Made by a program: the position numbers and the translations under genes
The notes under the pieces: generated by a model
Databases searched by the model: none
Seen by the model: only the letters and a program-made list of their open reading frames with translations
Told to the model about the DNA's origin: nothing
Assembly: GCA_951406725.2 (NCBI GenBank)
Contig: OX597831.1
Span: forward strand, 39,680,001-39,744,000
Source of the DNA: Octopus vulgaris
Lineage: Eukaryota
Length of the DNA: 64,000 nucleotides
Direction: 5' to 3'
Shown here: piece after piece, positions 1-10,995 of the stretch
How the letters are laid out: the number at the start of each line of letters is the position of its first letter
Position numbering within the stretch: position 1 is the first letter of the stretch

Positions 1-52
1 GTAAAGGGTAAAACAGAATAGAAAGTATGAGAGGTGTATGTTGTCAGTTTAA

Positions 53-273
53 CCCCTTTTGTTTGGATATTTCTGTTGAGATGCTCTGTGTTTCTTTTTA
101 ATTAGTTATAAATATAACGAAGAATTTAGTAAAATAGCTTAGTTTACATTAAGCTAGTGTTAGGAATGTAAATCGTGATGAAGGTTTAGAAGATTTTGAT
201 TCAGAACTTTTGAAAACAAGACATTTGTACTACAGAGCCAGAGGTGGTTTCAGGCGGGTTGGTATCAAAAGGG
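53..273. mobile_element. piggyBac-like TTAA MITE (family D)
   Basis: TTAA|CCCCTTTTG ... TATCAAAAGGG|TGAA ends; body matches copies at 20553, 35539 and 48600. Confidence 0.75.
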
Positions 274-369
274 TGAACTAACCTTAGTATTTAACTGGTA
301 TACAGCTATGATGAAGGTAAAAATGATTAATCCTTTCGATACCAAGTTGTCCGAGACCGTGTTTGGTTT

Positions 370-1325
370 AATTCATTTCATTCTTTTCCTATAAATTATT
401 TTGATTTCCATCCACTTTCTTTCCTCTTATTCTTTCTACTCTCCTTCGTTTCATTCGTTGCTCTTTCATTCATTTCATTTTCCTCTCATTTTGCTTCATT
501 TTCATCTAGTTTCTTTCCTCTCATTTCTTTCTATTCTCCATTTCATTTGTTGTTCTTTCATTTATCCTATTCTTTAACCATTTCTTTAATTTCATTCATT
601 ATATTTTTCCACCTCTCTCTTTCATTTCATTCCTTCCTACTTTTATTTCCTCCTATCTCCCTTCTATCCCTCTCATTTCCTCTTTTCTCCTCTCATTCAT
701 TTAATTTTTTGCTCCTTTTCCTTCATTTTATTCTTTTCTTTTTTTTCCTTTATTTCATTCTTTACTCTCATTAATCCATTTCACAATTCCACTCTTTTTT
801 CTTTCTACCCCTGTTTCCTTCAGTCTTTCCCCATTGTCTTTCTCTGTTTCTTTCTTTTCTCTTTCCTTCTTCATTTTCATACTTCCTTTCTCCTGTTTCC
901 TTCATTTCTCTCTCTCACCTCTCATTTAGGTCCTTCACCCTCTTCATCCATTCTACCTATGCTTTCATTCATGTATTTCATTCCTTATCTCCTTCCCACC
1001 ATTATATTTTTCTACCACATCTTCCCCCTCCCCACTCAGCCTCTCCACATTTTCTTACACCTTCCTCCTCTTCCATCTCCACCACTGCTGCCGCTTCCAC
1101 CACCATTTTAGCCCCTTATTTTTTTTCTTTCTCATCTCACCTGTTTCGTCTTTCACTTTTCCCTTTTCATTAAATTTCTTTCTTCTGGTCTTCTCCTTCA
1201 CATGCAGTCAAACTCTTGCTCTTTCCCTCTCCTTCTCACTCTGTCTTTCCCTTCCTTTTTTCTCTCTCACACATTCCTTTCTCTCTCTCTCATTTTGTTC
1301 TATGTTTGCTGTCTCTTTTTACCTA
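370..1325. repeat. pyrimidine-rich (CT/TTTC/TTCA) low-complexity tract
   Basis: about 950 bp of mostly C/T on the + strand. Confidence 0.85.
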
Positions 1326-1789
1326 ATACTCGCATGTATATACACATATATAATTATATGTGCATGTACACATACCTATGTGCACACACAAACATATATG
1401 TATATATACACACACACACACACTATGCATACACACACCCTTTATTGGTTTTTCTTTCATTTGAACTTTTGATTTTGTGCCGCCAACACCATCTTCACAT
1501 CTAAACCTTGCTTACTAGTAGAAAAGCTTTTAAAATGTTTCCAATACTGACGCGCGTGTACACACACATACATACACACACGTATATGTACGTGTTTGTG
1601 TGTATAATATATTCATGATTCTGCATGTGTGCGCATATGAATACTTGAATTTTATTTTAGTGGGTGGTAATAAAGAAAAAAAAATCGCCTACTTTCTGCG
1701 TGTATGTAAAAGCAGTATATTCACGTATACGTGTGTGTTGGTGTGGGTGTAATAAACACATTTAAAATTTATATATTTGGGTCTATATC

Positions 1790-2200
1790 AAATTCATATA
1801 TACACATGCTATACATGTATGTGTATGCATGTGTGGTGTACACACACACTCATCTACGCACACGTGCACGCTTACACTTGCAAATCTACATAATTTTATA
1901 CATAAAGTGTACGTATTGAGTATAAATGTGTGTATTATGCATAGTATAATGCATAGTGTGTGTATATATATATATATATACACACAGATATATATATACA
2001 CACACAGATATATATATACACACACACATATATACACACACACATGTATATATACATATATACTCACATATATATTCATATATACATATATGTGTGTGTA
2101 TGTATATATATACATATATATATACACATATATATATGTATATATACAGACATGTATATACACACACACTCACACACACATATATAAATATGCAAGCATA
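1790..2200. repeat. compound (TA)n/(CA)n/(TG)n microsatellite
   Basis: direct reading; source of the Y/I/C/V/H/T-rich ORFs. Confidence 0.95.
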
Positions 2201-2394
2201 CACATTATACAACATGATAGAACCCTATAATTTTCTGTGTATATCCTCTTTCAATTGTTTGGTTGTGTTCTTTCATCACATGAAATAGATGAAAGTTATT
2301 TCTTCATTTGTATTCATCTTTCCATCTCTCTACATTTTACTTATTTCTTCTCCCTTTCGTGTGTGTATATTTGATTATGCCGAGTCATGTGTGT

Positions 2395-2780
2395 ATATCG
2401 GTGCCACATAAGAAGCGGATGTATGCCGGGTGCCATGCAAAATGCATCCATGCTGGTGCCACATAAAAGCATCTATCTGTGCCAGTGCCGCATCGAGAGA
2501 ACGTGTTTCAAGTGCCATGTAAGAAGCGCTCATGTCAGTGTCATGTGAACAGCACCTGTGTTTGTGCCATGCGACAGCACTGGTGCTGGTGTTACATTGA
2601 AGGCACCAAGTGCTCTCTGTAAAGTGGTTGGTGTTAGGAAGGGCGTCTAGCTGCAGAAACCATGCCAAAACAGACAATTGGATCTTGGTGCAGCTCCCCG
2701 CCTTGCCAGCTCCTGTGATACTGTCCAACCCATTCCAGCATGGAAAAAACAGATGCTAAATGATGATGAGGACAATGATG
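2395..2780 (+). mobile_element. RTE LINE 3'UTR copy (family C)
   Basis: repeated GTGCCA..AAAGC units, GTTAGGAAGGGCGTCTAGCTG core, ends GCTAAATGATGATG. Confidence 0.75.
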
Positions 2781-2794
2781 TATATATACATATT

Positions 2795-2995
2795 ATCATC
2801 ATTTAACACCCTCTTTTCTGTGCTGGCATGGGTTGGGCAGGTTGATAAGAACAGAAGAAACAGAAGGCTTTGCTAGGTTCTGTACCGGTTTTGATATGGT
2901 TTCAACAGCTGGATGCTCTTCCTAATGTCAGCCACTGGACAGAGTGTACTGGTGGGCTTTCAATATGGCACCAGTACCAGTGAGGTTACCAAGTA
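2795..2995 (-). mobile_element. RTE LINE 3'UTR copy (family C), diverged
   Basis: CATCATTTAAC...GCTGGCATGGGTTGG...CAGCTGGATGCTCTTCCTAATG. Confidence 0.7.
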
Positions 2996-3235
2996 TTAAC
3001 AAGATAAGACTCTCCTCAACTGAGTGAGGTATAGACTGGAGGAATAAGAAATTATGATGGAGAGTCAGGAGTAGGTGACTTGTTGAAGAGGTGAATACAA
3101 GGTTTGCTCACCTGGAAAGTGAGAGGGAGTTGTGAGGTCCAGGTACAACATGAATATGAGATAGAATAGGATAGAAGAGCAGGCTTCTGTTAGAGGCCTG
3201 TGAAACTTGAAGTCATATAGAACTGAATCAAACTA

Positions 3236-3601
3236 CAGGGTGGCCATAAGGTGATGTTGTGGTGTGGCACAATCAAGTAACTGGACCATTTTATTTTGAG
3301 GGCTCCGTGACAGGTGATTCATATCTGGACATGCTTGGCAACAAGATGGTCCCTCACGTGCATTCACTTGGAAGAGGAAACCCTGTCTGGTTTCAGCAGG
3401 ATGGGACTCCACCCTATTATGCATTACAGGTTCGTGATTTTCTGAATGACCATTCTCCAGGGAGATGGCTCGGGTGATGCGTGCGAATTGAATATTTAGA
3501 GCTACATAGCCAACACTTTGAACACTTGTAATGGATTACCTATTTCATTGCTGATAAAATATACTTGGTATCTCCCATGGTGAGTGACTGTGGTCACCCT
3601 G
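3236..3601 (+). mobile_element. internally deleted Tc1/mariner element (rosa/DD41D-like) with TIRs
   Basis: TA|CAGGGTGGCCATA ... TGTGGTCACCCTG|TA; encodes GPFYFEGSVTGDSYLDML..WFQQDGTPPYYALQVRDFLNDHSPGRWLG and C-terminal QHFEHL*. Confidence 0.8.
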
Positions 3602-4164
3602 TATTTTAAGTAATACATGTAACCCCCACTGAATATGTTGAGTGCCCTTTTCCTTCATTTGTCCCCTCACATGTGTGTGTGTTAATGTTTGTTTTTATGT
3701 GATAATAAAAACAATTTTACATGAATCTGTGGAGTTTGTCTATACTTTTGTACAGTACAAATTAATCTTAAACAAGAATGTTGTTGACTGTAACTTTGAA
3801 GTTTCAGCCAGTTAAGCTATCATAAGAAACTTTGGAGCCATTGTTTATGCTGTCATTGATGCTGCACAACAAATCTGTCTGTCCATGCCCACCTCCTCTG
3901 GCTTCTTCAGACAGTTTCCATAGCATGCTAATTGAAAAATGATAGCTAACTTCTCTTTTCTCCACCCTCCTCCATTTCTTGGAGGCAAGAAAGACTGAAT
4001 GGTTCCTGTGATGACTCTAGCACAGTGTTGATGCTTTAGTTATTGACTCCCAGAGTGATGATAGTCACAGATGACTTTGGTGAGGATTGAACCCGGAATG
4101 CAATGAGCAGCAACTAACTTCAAGACATTTGTCCAATGTTGTAATGTTCTGAGTTTTTAAATGT

Positions 4165-4586
4165 GAGTGTGTGTGTGTGTGTGTGAGTATTTATACATGG
4201 ATTTTGTGTGTGTGTGTGTGTGTGTGTACATGTGTGTGTGTGTATGTGTACATGTGTGTGTGTGTTTGTATTTATACATGTATTTGGTGTAAATTTGTGT
4301 GTGTGTATGCATGCAGGAAGTCACTATTGTTTGATAATGTGTATGTAAATGTATATACATCAACATGCAAATACAAACATCAAAGGAGAGACATGCACAC
4401 ATGGGGTATATGTACATGTATGTACCTATTTACATAAACGTACGTGCGTACACTAATTTTTAGACATACATGCACATGTAAGCATACATGTCGAAGCATA
4501 CTCTCTCGCACATGTATATATGTAAACTCCGACACACATGTTCTCACACACACACATAGAATGTGTGTACATAAACATACCTCTTT

Positions 4587-4639
<53 letters not shown>

Positions 4640-4700
4640 GGTGCACACATGTAAACAAAAATACAAAGAGACACACACACATGCATATACTCACACACAT
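4165..4700. repeat. compound (TG)n/(CA)n/(TA)n microsatellite
   Basis: direct reading. Confidence 0.9.
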
Positions 4701-5629
4701 TTATATATGTGGCATATTCAAATGCTTACCCATTTACACGTACGATATGCACTCACACAAACATACTCTCTCTTTCTTTCTCCCCCCCTCTCTCTCCCTC
4801 TCGCATAAATGTAATCATACAGTAAGGGGGGAGAGAAAGACACACAGAGACTCATAAAAAGAAGCTAGAGAAATTTATAGACTGTATCATCTGTTGACAT
4901 TCTTCTGATCCTTAACAAACAGCTGTGTGAGCCATGCATTTTCAGGCTTATAGTTAAAATGGTTTTCAGTTAAGTAAAGTAAACATATTCTCTTGTTGGC
5001 TATGGCGTCGAGGGTGCCAGTTGTTCGATCAGTCGCATTACCTGGTCATTGGATTGTCTGATAGTAGCCTGAGTACTCCACAGGCACTTGTACGCTTAAC
5101 GTTTATTATGAGGCAGAATCAATAGAAACTCTGTCTGTGTGTGTGTCTAAGATGATCCACACATACACACATATACTTGCACACTCATATGTGTGTGCCT
5201 TGTAGTGTTTGCGTTGGCTTGTTTACATCCCTGTAACTTAGCAGTTCAGTGTAAAAGAAAGACTGATAAAATAGGTTCCAGATTTAAAATAAGTATCGGG
5301 GCAGATTTAATCGATTTAGACCCTTCAGGATTGGTACCCTGCCTGCTGTGTGCTGGCTGAAGCATGTAAAGAAAGAATTGTGTGTGTGTGTGTGTATTAA
5401 AAAAAATTAGTGTGTTGAGTGAAGAAAAGAGGAAAGGAAAAACAACAACTGAAAATTCATTGCAAGATTAATTTCCGAGTTGGACCCCATTTTGTATTCT
5501 GAGTGGGTCCTTCAACGTTTTCCAAAGCCAGTGAGTAACAAAATAATGGGTGTGTTTAACCCCTGTATGGCTACAGAGTTCAGTTATTGAAGTCTGTAAA
5601 TGAAACAGACAGAACATATTGGTTTCAAT

Positions 5630-6240
5630 TACAACAACCTCAGTGTTCAACTGGTACTTTATTTTATTGAACCCAATGTTCAACTGGTACTTTATTTTAT
5701 CAACCCCAATACTCAACTGGTACTTTATTTTATTGACACCAATGCTCAACTGGTACTTATTTTATCGATCCCAATGTGCAACTGGTATGCATTGTTGACC
5801 ACAGTGCTCAACTGGTACTTATTCAATTGACCCCAATGTGCAACTGGTATTTATTTAATTGAACCCAATGCGCACCTGGTACTTATTTAATTGACCCTAG
5901 TGCTCAACTGGTACTTATTTAATTGACCCCAGTGCTCAACCAGTACTTATTTAATGGACCCCAATGCGCAACTGGTACTTATTTAATTGACCCCAATGTG
6001 CAACTGGTACTTATTTAATTGACCCTAATGTGCAACGGGTACTTACATTATCAACCTCAATGCTCAACTGGTGCTTATTTTATCAACCCCAGTGTGCAAC
6101 TGGTACTTATATTATCTACCCCAAAAGGATGAAAGGCAAAGTCATCCTTGGCAAAATTTGAGCTCAGATTATAAAGCCAGATGAAATAGTGCCAAGAATT
6201 TTGCCTGGTATGCTAAGAGTTCTGCCAGTTCTTGGCCTTA
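5630..6240 (-). mobile_element. Nin/Deu-domain SINE (family B) carrying the internal minisatellite
   Basis: array runs into CCCCAAAAGGATGAAAGGCAAAGTC and the reverse-complemented SINE head. Confidence 0.8.
5636..6118. repeat. 32-bp minisatellite, about 15 units
   Basis: consensus ACCCCAATGTGCAACTGGTACTTATTTAATTG. Confidence 0.95.
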
Positions 6241-6399
6241 AACAGAGAATATATTGATGTTTATTTGTGTACAAATATGTATGTGTGCAATCAATACATG
6301 TTTTAGATTATAGCTTTTCACACCTGTAATTTTTTAGATGTTTGCTGATTGTTTTCTGATTACAAATCTAGTGGTAATTAACAATACTAATTCCATCAC

Positions 6400-6702
6400 C
6401 ATTTCTCTGCATTGAGAGGCCACTGCTCCGGGACTTTGGACATGTGATTAGAAATGTTGCAGGGAAGAACTACAAGGTAGATTCTTGGGGCTGAGCCCAC
6501 CAGCAGGAGTCCTAAGGGAAGACCAAGAGTGATAATGTCGGATAATATTTATAATCCTGGTTTGTCATATTTGGGAATCCCGCCAGAAGTTGTAATGACG
6601 GCTGCTTCTGATAGGACCCTGCAGAAGTGGTGCCTGAGGACTCTACTCCAACAACCCTTCCAGGAATAGTAGGAGATAATGGTGACTGGATGGATAGATG
6701 GA
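6400..6702 (+). mobile_element. RTE LINE 3' end, Rex3/Expander-like, decayed
   Basis: IERPLLRDFGHVIR, frameshift, then EPTSRSPKGRPR..LGIPPEVV..LRTLLQQP; (TGGA)n-like tail. Confidence 0.75.
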
Positions 6703-7379
6703 ATATCCATCTATCATCATTCTTTTGTCTTTGCTATATGCATTTGCCAGTACTTGTTGTTGTTTGGGTTCATGTCGGTCCTGGTTGAACCGGTCAGGGA
6801 AAAAATGCACCCCTTCCAATATCTGTGTCTTTGTCCCATATACAGAGTGCTTCAAATGATAATTTTAGAATTTATAGAATCCATGGTGTGTTTTGCCAGG
6901 TTGATAAGGTATGCCTTTTTTTCTTTTTGAAAAGTGAACTGGCTGCTATTTCTAGCAAGTTGAAGGACTGAACGCATAGAGGCTCCTTCATAGCTCAACT
7001 TAGTTTGTGTGTGTGTGTGTGTGCATTGGACTACAGTTTCTTAGTGTGCTGTTTTACAACTGATGTGTATGTCAGTTGGAAGGGGCTTGCAATAGTAAAG
7101 GCATATGGCCATAGAAAACCTGCCCCACCAAATTTCATCTCATCCATGCAAGCATGGAAAAGTAGAATTCACAATGAAATAATACGCATTGGGGTCATGA
7201 TTTTTGCGAGGAATATGATCATCATTGGGATATGACTCTGGAGGAAGCAATTGCAACAAATTCCCTAAAACAAGTCAGAGATCTGTTTGCAGATCTTCCC
7301 ATTTGGGGTTAGTTGCTTAAAAGCTATATACTAGCTTAAAAGTTGCCCAATAGAGTGACTTTTAAACTAGTATATATAT

Positions 7380-7410
<31 letters not shown>

Positions 7411-7411
<1 letters not shown>

Positions 7412-7712
7412 AAGGCACATGGCTTAGTGGTTAGGGTGTTGCACTCACGATTGCGAAATTATGGGTTCAATTCTTAGACCAGGCGTTGCATTGTGTTCTT
7501 GAGCAAAGCACTTAATTTCACTTTGCTTTGCGATCATTTCATCATTTGACATATAGCACATGGTGCACCTGTACAGGTAATGTCAATCTGATGGAGGGAA
7601 TGAACTTATGTCTACTCAAACATTTGATCACTATAAACAAATCATTTTTCTGGTTGTTTGGCAAGAAATTGCCGATCCCTCATATGCCGTCTAGCGACGG
7701 GAGAATCCATTA
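7411..7712 (+). mobile_element. tRNA-derived SINE (family E, tail variant 1)
   Basis: A box TGGCTTAGTGG, B box GGTTCAATTC, then CTTGAGCAAAGCACTT core. Confidence 0.75.
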
Positions 7713-7728
7713 CATATATTTAAACACA

Positions 7729-7812
<84 letters not shown>

Positions 7813-8569
7813 CATACACACATACTTGCACATATTGTATGTGAGAATTGTGTGAAAGGAAGGTGGTTTATATGGATATAATCTCATATAAAGAAATGCA
7901 GACAACCAAGTATTTGTTCGTGATCTGATATTTCTAAATATGAGACTAAACACACACACACACACTCACACACACACACTCACACACACATTTGCACACA
8001 TGCAGAAGCGTATCTCAGGAAGGAAGTAAAATGGATCCAGTTCATGAAAAAGCCAGCAAGTTGAAACGTGAGTGGCTCCACAAATGCTGAGCTTGGCTCT
8101 AATTAGCAAAGTGTTTTTACAATGGTCAGTGGTAATTAGCGTTATTTTTGTGCTATTATTATAGGTTATTTCTGATCTCAATATAGACTTAAGGTAGCGT
8201 GTGTTTGTGAGTGCATGTGTGTGTATGATTGCGAGTACATGTGTATATTTGTGTGTGTGTGGAGGTTGTTGGTCGCCGTGGTATTTGTTTTTGTTATTTA
8301 TAACAGGAACATATTGTCTTGATGGAAGTTTGATGAACACCTCATTATACAACGAAAGAAGTTATTTGCGACTTCAATGTTTAAGGGAATTATCACCACC
8401 ACCGCCATCATCATCATTTAGCACCCGTTTTCCAAACTAGCATGGACTACACTGTTTGATTGGAACTGGTAAGCTGCAGCAGGCTCCAGTCGGATTTTGG
8501 TTTCATTTCTACAGGTGGATGCTCTTCCTAATGTTAATCCCTACACGTTTTTTTTTTTATTTCCTCTTA

Positions 8570-8690
8570 TCCCTTTTGTTGAAGAGCATAGGCTCGAAAC
8601 ATCAAAGACTTCAATTCTTCCCAAACATCAAATTAATACACCTGCTTGTTGTTCCCTTACTTGTCTTCGTCTTTTGTTTTTTTGAATGTG
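8570..8690 (+). mobile_element. short Penelope pseudo-LTR-like repeat with degenerate minimal hammerhead-like motif
   Basis: CTT-TTGTTGA-A-GAGC-ATAG-GCTC-GAAACATC-AAAG. Confidence 0.4.
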
Positions 8691-8738
8691 AATTAAATGC
8701 ATGTATACACACACACACACACAATGCGAATATAAATA

Positions 8739-8771
<33 letters not shown>

Positions 8772-8795
8772 ACATCTATTTATATATATATATAT

Positions 8796-8963
8796 GGTGC
8801 AGGGGTGAGTGTGTGGTAACTAGCTTGCTTACCAACCACATGGATCCAGGTTCACTCCCACTATGTGGCACCTTGGGTAAGTGTCTTCTACTATAGCCTT
8901 GGGCTGACCAAAGCCTTGTGAGTGAATTTGGTAGATGGAAACTGAAAGAAGCCCATCATATAT

Positions 8964-9003
<40 letters not shown>

Positions 9004-9198
9004 TTGTTCCTCCAACATCACTTGACAACCTATGCTGGTGTGTTTATGTCCCCGGTCACTTAGTAGTTCAGCAAGAGAGACCGATAGAATAGGTGCTAGG
9101 CTTACAAAGAATAAGTCTTGGGGTCGATTTGCTCAACTAAAGGCGGTGCTCCTGCATGGCTACAGTCAAATAGCTGAAACAAATAAAAGAATAAAAGT
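8796..9198 (+). mobile_element. tRNA-derived SINE (family A), full length
   Basis: GTGTGGTAA..GGTTCA head, CACCTTGGG(C/T)AAGTGTCTTCTACTATAGCC core, internal (TG)n, AAAAG-repeat tail. Confidence 0.9.
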
Positions 9199-9462
9199 AA
9201 TACTAGACATAATTTTAATAAAGTACAAGATATAAATATCCACACCATCACACCTGAAACGTACCTGTTGTAACTTTTGATCTTGATTTGAATGTACGTG
9301 AAGGTATTTAGAATCCCCAAACTCATTTCTGAAAATGTGCTAAGCACTGATTCTGACCATAGTTTAATCAATAGTGAGGTAAATGCAGTAAAAATAGGAG
9401 AGTGGGGGGGGGGGGTCAGTAGGGCCCCAGAAATTGAACCTCCTTACGATACTCCCTGGGTG

Positions 9463-9668
9463 TTCATCATCATCGTTTAATGTCCGCTTTCCATGTTGGC
9501 ATGGGTTGGGGGATTTGACTGAGGATTGGCGAACCAGATGGCTGCACCAGGCTCCAATCTGATCTGGCAGTTTCTACAGCTGGATGCCCTTCCTAACGCC
9601 CAAAACTCCGAGAGTGTAGTGGGTGCTTTTACATGCCACCGGCACGAGGGCCAGTCAGGCGGTACTGA
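9463..9668 (-). mobile_element. RTE LINE 3'UTR copy (family C)
   Basis: CATCATCATCGTTTAATGTCCGC...CAGCTGGATGCCCTTCCTAACGCC. Confidence 0.85.
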
Positions 9669-9938
9669 AATTCGTTATTGCTCCGAGTTGGTCGCCAATG
9701 CCATTTATTTAGTTTAAAATTCATTAAAAATAGAAGCGGGGTGGGGGGGCAGGGGGCACCAATTAGGTGGACCTTAAAAAATAAACTCCCTTAGGATATT
9801 TCCGGAGATTAGGGTAGTTGCTGGTTTGAGTTTGAGATTGTCCTTGCACCAACAGTTTAGGAGGAGTTAATGAACATAAAAGCATAACAGACAGAAGAAC
9901 ATCACTCAAATTTATATTAAAATACACACACACATAAT

Positions 9939-10291
9939 GTGGAGCACAATGGCCCAGTGGTTAGAGCAGCAGACTTGAAGTTGTGGGATCGTGGTTTCGA
10001 TTCCCAGACCAGGCATTGTGAGTGTTTTTATTGAGCGGAAACACCTAAAGCTCCACGGGGCTCCGACAGAGGGTGGTGGCAAACCCTGCTGTACTCTTTC
10101 ACCACATCTTTCTCTTACTCATTCTTCCTGTTTCTGTTGTCACAGGCTTGTCACACTCTCCCCGAGAACTACATTAAGGGTACACATGTCTGTGGAGTGC
10201 TCAGCCACTTTCACGTTAATTTCACGAGCAGGCTGTTCCGTTGATCGGATCAACTGGAACCCTCGTCGTCATAACCGACGGAGTGCCACAA
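9939..10291 (+). mobile_element. mosaic tRNA-derived SINE (family F head and body, family E tail)
   Basis: 5' half matches the reverse complement of 46960-47140; 3' half matches 20745-20870. Confidence 0.8.
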
Positions 10292-10600
10292 TATACAACA
10301 TATATATCTCTATATGTATATGTGTTAGACACACACATATAAATACATGTTTTTTTCACTCAAAGCACACTTCCTTAAGCACGAACTTCCTCTCCCTCAC
10401 ACGAACACACACCACAACTTAACAACCTTGTCTTGTCTCCTTATAAATACACATGCATAACTTTTTATGGCTTGCACAAAGAAAGGGAAAATTCAGTAAC
10501 TGGTGTTTTTGAATGTGTAATTTCAGCTTTATGAAAGTCATTTTAAAACTCCCTTATTTCCACCATAGGACAAAGGATTTGGGAATATATGAACAATAGG

Positions 10601-10603
<3 letters not shown>

Positions 10604-10636
<33 letters not shown>

Positions 10637-10995
10637 CTCCCTCCCTCTCTCTCTGCCCTCCACCTCTCTCTGCCCTCCCCCTCTCTCTGCCCTCTCTCTG
10701 CCCTCTCTCCCTCTCTCTGCCCTCTCTCCCTCTCTCTGCCCTCTCTCCCTCTCTCTTTGCCCTTTCTCCCTCTCTCTTTGCCCTTTCTCCCTCTCTCTGT
10801 GCCCTCCCCCTCTCTCTGCCATCCCTCCCTCTCTCTGCCCTCTCTCCCTCTCTCTCTACCCTTTCTCCCTCTCTGCCCTCCTCCCTCTCTCTCTGCCCTC
10901 CATCCCACTCTCTCTCTTTGTTCTCCCTCCTCCTCTTTCTGCTCCCTCTCTCTCTGTTCTGCCCCCTCTGTGTCTCACCCTTTCTGCTCTCCCCC
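10604..10995. repeat. homopyrimidine CCCTCTCTCTG-type repeat
   Basis: direct reading; source of the R/E/G- and S/L/P-rich ORFs. Confidence 0.95.

Noticed and set aside
1202-2288. Many overlapping Y/I/C/V/H/T-rich ORFs (also near 4.2, 16.7, 22.3, 30.1, 53.8 and 60.4 kb)
   Set aside because: Translations of TA/TG/CA microsatellites, which lack stop codons in most frames.
5636-6118. CRISPR-like periodicity
   Set aside because: Units are contiguous with no unique spacers, derive from a SINE, and there are no cas genes in this eukaryotic context.
7411-7485. tRNA genes at SINE 5' ends (also 9939, 20577, 47070 and the family A/B heads)
   Set aside because: The A/B boxes continue into SINE bodies and no intact cloverleaf is seen.
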